A stretch of DNA of 23,401 nucleotides, taken from contig JBGSMV010000012.1 in NCBI GenBank assembly GCA_041739995.1, positions 1-23,401 on the forward strand. The letters are read 5' to 3'. Positions 17,426 to 23,401 of this stretch are shown here, in pieces. The DNA is from Bdellovibrionota bacterium. GTDB lineage: Bacteria > Bdellovibrionota_C > UBA2361 > JBGSMV01. The translations under genes were made by a program, and so were the position numbers. Every line of letters starts with the position of its first letter. Within the stretch, counting starts at the first letter, position 1. The notes under the pieces are model-generated. The model did not search any database. It was not told the origin of the DNA and was given only the letters and a program-made list of their open reading frames with translations.

Positions 17426-18829
17426 CTAAGCCTTAAGAACTTCCAGATGGAGCCGGGCCCTCTCAAGCAATCCCTCCCGGGTATTCAGGTCTGGGTTCTC
17501 TATCACCAACTCCTCACAACCCCTAAGAAAGTCCCCCATGGCAACTCCAGGTTCAAACCCAATTTCCATGAGATCTCGCCCCCCAATCGCAAGGCGATCG
17601 CCCTGCGCTGCTATTCTCTCATGTTCCTTGAGAACCATCTGGTCAAAGCGCTGAAGCGAAGCCTCCACTTCACTGGTCGACATGACTGGAGGCGCATCGG
17701 CAAACTTAAACACCCTCCAATCATCATAGAAGGGATCCACATCCCGCATTATTCTTCGCACTCCGGCCGGCCCACATTCTAGTGGTCGCATGTGCATGCG
17801 TACAACTCGAGTAACTCGCTCGGTCTCATCCCGCGAGAATCGCAGTCGCTCCATCACCGAACGCGCAATGCGACTGCTCACCACTTCATGTTCGTAAAAG
17901 TGTCTTCGCCCGTCTTTGCCGGTTGAAATAGTCGCGGGCTTTCCGCTGTCATGAAACAGCGCTGCAAGGCGTAGCGCAACATCAACCGGACAACGCTCGA
18001 TGACCGACAAGGTGTGCTCGAAAACATCTTCGGTGTGAAACTCATTCTGCTCAACGCCGCTCATTGTAAGCAGCTCAGGTGCAACCTCCGCGAGTATGCC
18101 TAAACGTCGCATGGCTCTTAGCCCTTCAGCCGGCTGCTTGGAAATCAGAATGCGCTTCAATTCAGAATTAATTCTCTCTGGACTTATTCGGGCCAGAAGT
18201 CCCACGAGTTCCGCACAGGCACTTTCAGTTCGAGCGTCAGTCGAACGACCAGCGGCTGCACCAAAACGAATCATGCGCATTAAGCGCAGCGGGTCTTCCC
18301 GGAATCTCTCAGCAGGCTCACCGACTGCGCGTAGAGTTCCGTTCCCAAGGTCATCTAGCCCGCGCTGAGTATCTACAAAGCGCCGTTCCTTTAGGTTAAC
18401 GGCCATGGCGTTGATGGTGAAATCTCGTCCCTGAAGATCTTCTTCGATCGTACTAGCAAAATTATTCTCGTGATGGGGACCAGCATGTCTAAAAGTCGTG
18501 AGCTCTACATGCATACTGGAGAGCACTATCGTAACTGTTCCGTGCTTTACTCCCGTCTCCACCACGCGGATATCATTCTTCCCGCACCGGCTCACCACTT
18601 CGTCCGGTGAAAGCCGCGAAGCCAGGTCAAGGTCATGCGGCGTCTGGCCTGTGGCAATCTCCCGCACCGAACCACCGACCATGTGGACATCAGCATCATC
18701 GCCGAGCGCGCGAAGTAACGGAGCAAGTTCTCCTGCTGAGACCACAGCGAGACACTGAGAGACTATTTGCTCTTGGCTAAGAAGAAGCGACCCTGAGGAA
18801 CAGGTGCCATGAGATCGGGATGTTGCCAT
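17426..18829 (-). CDS. cca: Class II tRNA nucleotidyltransferase (CCA/CC-adding family) with HD domain
   Basis: VGGSVRE..PHDLDLAS, GVKHGTV, ELTTFR, EDLQGRDFTINAMA, RFREDPLRLMR, SPERI; HD domain QNEFH.EDVFEHT...FHDSGKP...FYEHE. The start is uncertain because of the overlap with the HNH gene. Confidence 0.88.
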   Translation of the reverse strand: MATSRSHGTCSSGSLLLSQEQIVSQCLAVVSAGELAPLLRALGDDADVHMVGGSVREIATGQTPHDLDLASRLSPDEVVSRCGKNDIRVVETGVKHGTVTIVLSSMHVELTTFRHAGPHHENNFASTIEEDLQGRDFTINAMAVNLKERRFVDTQRGLDDLGNGTLRAVGEPAERFREDPLRLMRMIRFGAAAGRSTDARTESACAELVGLLARISPERINSELKRILISKQPAEGLRAMRRLGILAEVAPELLTMSGVEQNEFHTEDVFEHTLSVIERCPVDVALRLAALFHDSGKPATISTGKDGRRHFYEHEVVSSRIARSVMERLRFSRDETERVTRVVRMHMRPLECGPAGVRRIMRDVDPFYDDWRVFKFADAPPVMSTSEVEASLQRFDQMVLKEHERIAAQGDRLAIGGRDLMEIGFEPGVAMGDFLRGCEELVIENPDLNTREGLLERARLHLEVLKA

Positions 18830-19289
18830 TGAGACGCATTGTAAGTACGGGCAACCAATCCGGTCGCACAGGTTTTTTCAGTAGTATCATTCTCGCTTCG
18901 GCTGGTGTTCGTCCGCCCTTTCGGCGATTACACGAAGCGCAACAGCACACGAGGTTATCCCACAGAGTCTTTCCACCGCGACTACGCGGAAGTACGTGAT
19001 CTAACGTCGCCTCTCTAGTTGAAAGCGCTGTAGAGCAGTACTGACACTGGAAATTATCTCGAGCGAGTATATTACTTCGGCACAAAGGAGGCGACTTTCG
19101 GCCAATACTCACAAAGCGGAGCAATCGCACCACGGCGGGTGCGCGGATGAAAAGCGATACAGAGCGGATGTGGTGGTCATATTCTTCCACCACTTCAATC
19201 TTACCCGTGAAGAACATCGTAACGGCACGTTGCCACGAAATCACCTTCAGAGGCTCGAAACTCGAGTTCAGAAGCAGAACAGGCTGCAT
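18777..19289 (-). CDS. HNH endonuclease (McrA-like)
   Basis: VLLLNSSFEPL, RDNFQCQYC, TLDHVLPRSRGG..WDNLV.CCASCNRRKG.RTP.EA. Confidence 0.92.
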   Translation of the reverse strand: MQPVLLLNSSFEPLKVISWQRAVTMFFTGKIEVVEEYDHHIRSVSLFIRAPAVVRLLRFVSIGRKSPPLCRSNILARDNFQCQYCSTALSTREATLDHVLPRSRGGKTLWDNLVCCCASCNRRKGGRTPAEARMILLKKPVRPDWLPVLTMRLNGNIPISWHLFLRVASS

Positions 19290-19464
19290 TCAGCACTCCC
19301 CAAAATTACGTTTCTGAGGAACGAGGTGTCTTCAACGATGAATTCACCCCTCAAAATTAGTATTAGTAATATCGGCACATTACGCAATTTCCCAAATACA
19401 AAGCTCACTTTGTTTTTTTCGAGGCCAAAAATCGACGTAAGGCCTTGAAAAGTCCTCGATTTAC

Positions 19465-19494
19465 TTGACACTTCGGAACCTACTTCACTATCTT
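19465..19494 (+). promoter_or_regulatory. Sigma70 promoter for the tRNA-Ile/Ala pair
   Basis: TTGACA-N18-TATCTT followed by GC-rich CCCCCG (discriminator-like), with T/A tracts upstream. Confidence 0.7.
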
Positions 19495-19532
19495 CCCCCG
19501 ACTCCGGTATTTGTTTAGATGCGGTTTTGAAG

Positions 19533-19609
19533 GGGCCAGTAGCTCAGTTGGTTAGAGTGCATGCCTGATAAGCATGAGGTCGGTAGTTCGAATCTACCCT
19601 GGCCCACCA
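19533..19609 (+). tRNA. tRNA-Ile(GAT)
   Basis: GGGCCAGTAGCTCAGTTGGTTAGAGTGCATGCCT-GAT-AAGCATGAGGTCGGTAGTTCGAATCTACCCTGGCCCACCA; CCA encoded. Confidence 0.97.
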
Positions 19610-19709
19610 CGTATTGATGTTTGGTGTATCGATATTTAGTACCGTTTTTGATTCGCATTCCTTGAGAGATCGGGGAGGGGCGGATGAGTCCAGAAGTAAC
19701 CCTGTGTAA

Positions 19710-19782
19710 GGGGCAGTAGCTCAGCTGGGAGAGCACCGGCTTTGCAAGCCGGGGGTCAGGGGTTCGATCCCCCTCTGCTCCA
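19710..19782 (+). tRNA. tRNA-Ala(TGC), CCA not encoded
   Basis: GGGGCAGTAGCTCAGCTGGGAGAGCACCGGCTT-TGC-AAGCCGGGGGTCAGGGGTTCGATCCCCCTCTGCTCCA followed by TTC; G3:U70 pair present. Confidence 0.96.
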
Positions 19783-19785
19783 TTC

Positions 19786-19817
19786 TTCGTCACTCGCCAA
19801 GGGCGAGCTTTGACGGA
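19786..19817 (+). repeat. Hairpin downstream of tRNA-Ala (terminator or REP-like)
   Basis: TTCGTCA-CTCGCC-AAG-GGCGAG-CTT-TGACGGA. Confidence 0.5.
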
Positions 19818-19987
19818 CTGGACTCGGTTCGAATAAATTCTCACCGTGTCCACATTTTAGATTTTAGCGCATCCCTTTCGTAGAGGTTTCTTGCGGACCT
19901 TAGGAGAGACACTGTAGGAGTGGAGAACGCTCGCTGTCGAGCTTGCCTCCTTAGTTTGTAATTTGATTGTCTCGTGCGTCCAGACCC

Positions 19988-20962
19988 ATGACGAAAATTC
20001 CGCCCGACTCAAATCCCTCCAAAATTGTTTCCCCATTTGAAATCATTGGAGCTGAGTTCGACTCGGGCGGTCGAGTGCGTGGAACTTCCTTGGCGCCCAA
20101 AGCGCTTCGCGAGTACGGACTATTTGATAGAATCCAACGACTCAGCTTACCCATTCATGAGGGGCACGACGTTTCTCTACCACCCACTCCCAGCGCCGAG
20201 ACTTTTCAAGAGAAACGCCCCGGACCGCCCCACGTCAATGACCTCGCTGCTGCAGAACGCTTCTGCCAGGCGCTCTACGATAACATGACCGCACTACTTG
20301 GACGTGGGCACCGTCCTTTGCTCATCGGAGGAGATCATTCGGTCTCAATCGCATCTATTTCTGCGGTAGCCGAGCATTATCGCCGCACCCACGGTCCGGA
20401 TGCTAAGATCGGACTGCTGTGGGTAGACGCGCATCCGGATCTCAACACGCCCGAGAGCAGCCCCAGCGGAAACCTACACGGCATGGTTGCTCGCACCTTA
20501 CTTGGAGAAGGTCCGACCTCTCTGACTTCACTGGGATCTGCCAGAGCAAAATTATCTCCTTCAAAAATCGCACAGATTGCTCTCAGAGACGTGGACCCAC
20601 CTGAGAAAGAATTCATTCGCAACAGCGGCATCACCGCGTTCACCATGAAGGATATTGATTGCGAAGGCGTGTTTCGTTGCATGCAACGCTGCCTTTCGGT
20701 GCTCTCCCAAGATACGGTGGGAATTTACGTTTCATTTGACCTGGATGCCTGTGACCCCTCTATCGCTCCAGGCGTTGATACGCCGGTTCGCGGAGGTTTG
20801 TCTTTCCGAGAAGCTCATTTGGTCATGGAGATGATCGCGGAACAGAACAATATCCTCGGCATCGAACTTGTGGAGTACGATCCAAGACGTGACATCGATC
20901 ACGCCTGCGCGGATCTCTCTATCGCGCTGATTGAATCTGCGCTTGGGAAAAGCATTCTTTAG
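19988..20962 (+). CDS. rocF: Arginase (ureohydrolase family)
   Basis: GGDHS, VDAHPDLNTPESSPSGNLHGM, SFDLDACDP..APG..TPVRGGL..RE, LVE. Confidence 0.9.
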   Translation: MTKIPPDSNPSKIVSPFEIIGAEFDSGGRVRGTSLAPKALREYGLFDRIQRLSLPIHEGHDVSLPPTPSAETFQEKRPGPPHVNDLAAAERFCQALYDNMTALLGRGHRPLLIGGDHSVSIASISAVAEHYRRTHGPDAKIGLLWVDAHPDLNTPESSPSGNLHGMVARTLLGEGPTSLTSLGSARAKLSPSKIAQIALRDVDPPEKEFIRNSGITAFTMKDIDCEGVFRCMQRCLSVLSQDTVGIYVSFDLDACDPSIAPGVDTPVRGGLSFREAHLVMEMIAEQNNILGIELVEYDPRRDIDHACADLSIALIESALGKSIL

Positions 20963-20973
20963 TTGATTTCAGC

Positions 20974-22140
20974 TTAACGTCGACGCTTCTGTCCACTTGG
21001 TGAGCTACGCATTGATTCAAGCATGCGAGCGACTTCCTCAGAGCGCCTCTCGGTGTAGCGCATCGTAACTTTCACATCTCCGTGTCCAAGCGCCTGAGAA
21101 ACAAGCCGAATATCTCCGCTGTGATCGAGCAGTTCAAGCGCAAATGTATGTCGAAGCAGATGAGGATGAATGCTTACTTCTTCGGACAGTCGATTGACAA
21201 GCCGCCACAGACTCTTTGCTCCAATCGCGAAGCTCTCCAGCTTCGAAGCACTCGCACCGTAGGTACTCACAAACAGTGCGAGCTTATGATCGGTCGTAAG
21301 TTTTAGTGGCGAAAAGAACTTCTTCAGTTCAACTTCCCGGGAGACAAGATAATCGCGCAACATCGGCCTCAAAGAGCTAGGGATATACACGTTACGAAAG
21401 CGACGCCCCTTGGTGCGCACCGTCTCAAACCATTCGAGCTTCTCGTCGAGCTGCTCGCGCCTCATTAGACGCAGTTCATCTGCGCGCAGCCCCGTTTCCA
21501 AAAGAGTGAGTACTAGCGCTTGATCGCGCAGGGTTTTAAATCCAGGCTTCTCCGCGACCCACGCCTTCGCCTGTTTCTTTAGAGCTGCGGTCTGTGCCTT
21601 CGTCAGTGCTTTCGGACGAGCAGTTTCAATCTTCGGCCCACGCACCTCGCGAGCGGGATTGGTAAATCCAGGAACTCTGTCCGCCAAGGTACGTCCCAGG
21701 TGCTTGATCGTGGCAAGCCTGCGCGCCACAGAAGCCGGAGCCTCTCCGGAACGAATGCGGGCATCAATAAAGCGCTGTGTGGCCGACTGATTCCAATCAC
21801 CAACCCGCACACGCCTAACATCACGCGCCGCAGTGAGCTCCTGCATGAAAGCGAGGAAAATTTTTAAATCAGTGCGCTTCGCGCGCGCGGTGTGAGCAGA
21901 CCCCATGGCGTAAAAGCGACTATAACTTTCAACTACCTCCAGCAACGCCATGTCATCGACAGAAGATCGAGCGCGCGTGTCTGAGAAGAGATTCCTCACA
22001 GGCACTTGCGCTTTTGACCTACTGCCGGGGCGTTTTTTTGGCTTGTCGCTCACCCCATAAGCTTTGGAAGCCTGGCGTACTCTGTCAAGAGAGGCGTTTC
22101 GCATGGATTGTCTCAGCAGGACCCATCTGCGAGACTGCAT
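20974..22140 (-). CDS. Tyrosine recombinase (XerC/D / phage integrase family)
   Basis: SVARRLATIK, LETGLRADEL, TKG, HPHLLRHTFA, LGH, TMRY (complete R-K-H-R-H-Y set). The true start may be ATG 22104 or GTG 22053. Confidence 0.9.
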   Translation of the reverse strand: MQSRRWVLLRQSMRNASLDRVRQASKAYGVSDKPKKRPGSRSKAQVPVRNLFSDTRARSSVDDMALLEVVESYSRFYAMGSAHTARAKRTDLKIFLAFMQELTAARDVRRVRVGDWNQSATQRFIDARIRSGEAPASVARRLATIKHLGRTLADRVPGFTNPAREVRGPKIETARPKALTKAQTAALKKQAKAWVAEKPGFKTLRDQALVLTLLETGLRADELRLMRREQLDEKLEWFETVRTKGRRFRNVYIPSSLRPMLRDYLVSREVELKKFFSPLKLTTDHKLALFVSTYGASASKLESFAIGAKSLWRLVNRLSEEVSIHPHLLRHTFALELLDHSGDIRLVSQALGHGDVKVTMRYTERRSEEVARMLESMRSSPSGQKRRR

Positions 22141-22148
22141 GCCAAGCC

Positions 22149-23018
22149 ATGACTACCTCACCTGCCTCATCTCTGATGCCTCAAATCGAAGCTGCAGTAT
22201 TAGCAGCAGGCCTGCAGATGCTTAAGACCATGGCTTCTCCCGAGGCGCTTAAGGTCTGGCGCAAACCAGATCAAAGCCTGGTTCTCAATCTAGACCTTGA
22301 GTCAGAGCAGATTCTTCTGAGTAAACTAAAGGGAGTTCTTCCTATCGTTTCAGAGGAAGATCCCTCAACCCATCACTTAATAGAGTCACACGGTGACTAT
22401 CTGCTTTTGGATCCGCTGGATGGGACAACCAGCTGCAAGCGCTTTACCAATCAGGTCGGGGGACAGCTTGGCTTCGGTCCACTCGTCGGCCTGGCCCTGG
22501 GTGGAATCATTGAAGCGGCGGTGTTTTTTCATCTTCCAAGGAGAACACTATTCACCGCGATTCGAGGACAGGGTACATGGATTTGTCCCTTAGAAAACGG
22601 CACCGTCGATTCCAAGCAACGTACGCACCTCAGTCCCCCGTTACCGAACGCCATTGAAGACTCGGCTATTCTATTTTATCCGGGAAGCTCCGGAGAACTT
22701 AAGCTGATCGACTACCTTCGCAGCCGAGACATGGTTGAAAACGCTTACCGATTTGGGGGCTTCGCAAATGACTGCACCCGCATTGCGTCAGGCTTCGAAC
22801 AGCTGCATGTTCAAATGTCGGTTCACCCTTGGGACTACTCGGCAGTACTCTTTGCTGCCGAAGCAGGCTCTGGCGTTCTTGTTGACCCATTAGGTAATTG
22901 CATTCGAAGCACGGAGTGGAAAATCGCAAAAAGTAATCCGGTCCTTATTGGTCCTCCGGCACTTCTGCCCCAACTCGCGCAGCATTTTCAGGAGGCGACT
23001 GGCGCCCGACTCAAGTAA
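22149..23018 (+). CDS. Inositol monophosphatase / FIG superfamily protein (SuhB/CysQ-like)
   Basis: K.DQSLV...D..SE, VSEED, LLDPLDGTT, RGQGTW, HPWDYSA. ATG 22149 was chosen because it avoids overlap with the recombinase. Confidence 0.85.
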   Translation: MTTSPASSLMPQIEAAVLAAGLQMLKTMASPEALKVWRKPDQSLVLNLDLESEQILLSKLKGVLPIVSEEDPSTHHLIESHGDYLLLDPLDGTTSCKRFTNQVGGQLGFGPLVGLALGGIIEAAVFFHLPRRTLFTAIRGQGTWICPLENGTVDSKQRTHLSPPLPNAIEDSAILFYPGSSGELKLIDYLRSRDMVENAYRFGGFANDCTRIASGFEQLHVQMSVHPWDYSAVLFAAEAGSGVLVDPLGNCIRSTEWKIAKSNPVLIGPPALLPQLAQHFQEATGARLK

Positions 23019-23401
23019 CCCCAGCGGAACCAGATGGAGATGTCCTGCACTGAATAGAACTCCATGGGGCGCCATCTCCGTTTAAACGGTGGACACAAAG
23101 GGGAAGTCTATCTCCATTCTTCTCCGAGACCTCTGCGTCCACCGCGTTATTAGTTCATCAGCAGCGAAGACCCAGAACTGACCGCAATTTACGTCCAATC
23201 GGGGATGCCGATGCGACGCATGGTGTCGATGGAAATTTGTGATCAGAGCACTAACGCTTAGGAGGCTGTCCGAAAAGTCTGCAGACGAGGGGGATCGAAG
23301 GATATCCTGAGAAGGTGTAGACATGTGGGATGGGAAATCAGAAGTTCCGTGAGCCTGAGTCTAGAAGTCAACTGACGCTATTGCCGCGAAGTATTGAGGA
23401 T

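Noticed and set aside
19515..19853. 112-aa minus-strand ORF
   Set aside because: It is an antisense shadow of tRNA-Ile and tRNA-Ala.
12558..22140. Genomic island bounded by the tRNA-Asp repeat and mobilised by the tyrosine recombinase
   Set aside because: The direct repeat lies only about 80 nt from the tRNA, on the side away from the recombinase, and the intervening genes (leuS, cca, tRNAs, arginase) are housekeeping.
22014..22148. N-terminal extension of the IMPase ORF from TTG 22014
   Set aside because: It overlaps the divergent recombinase; family-like sequence begins after ATG 22149.
23080..23153. Integron attC site associated with the recombinase
   Set aside because: The RYYYAAC/GTTRRRY boxes and L/R spacing do not fit, there is no cassette array, and the recombinase is not recognisably IntI.
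23082..23324. 80-aa minus-strand ORF
   Set aside because: It has no recognisable motif or SD sequence and overlaps the hairpin region, so it cannot be supported.
1..23401. CRISPR array, rRNA genes, IS transposases and the many short ORFs overlapping called genes
   Set aside because: No regularly spaced repeats, rRNA signatures or transposase motifs were seen. The short ORFs are antisense or alternate-frame shadows of well-supported genes.

Overview
A bacterial chromosomal segment of moderate GC, using the standard genetic code. The gene content suggests a Bdellovibrionota/deltaproteobacterium-like lineage, which is inference only. The left half carries two flagellin-family genes whose central hypervariable region consists of FG-GAP/VCBS-type (integrin-alpha-like) repeats. 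One is 5'-truncated by the window and has about 7 repeats; the other is split by a single in-frame TGA. Also on the left are yggX, an ECF sigma factor, a membrane-anchored double-AAA+ ATPase without a protease domain, a PRTase-HAD fusion/nucleoside hydrolase/ribokinase cluster, a small secreted Pro/Thr-rich protein, a metallophosphoesterase and a DUF423 protein. The right half is tRNA-centred. It holds tRNA-Asp embedded in direct and inverted fragments of itself, leuS, an HD hydrolase, an atypical CCA-type nucleotidyltransferase overlapped by an HNH gene, a stand-alone tRNA-Ile/tRNA-Ala pair without rRNA, arginase, a solitary tyrosine recombinase and an inositol-monophosphatase-family gene. 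The most notable items are the FG-GAP flagellins, the nested tRNA-Asp locus, the membrane double-AAA ATPase, the PRTase-HAD cluster and the altered nucleotidyltransferase motifs. All calls come from reading motifs by eye; no searches were run.
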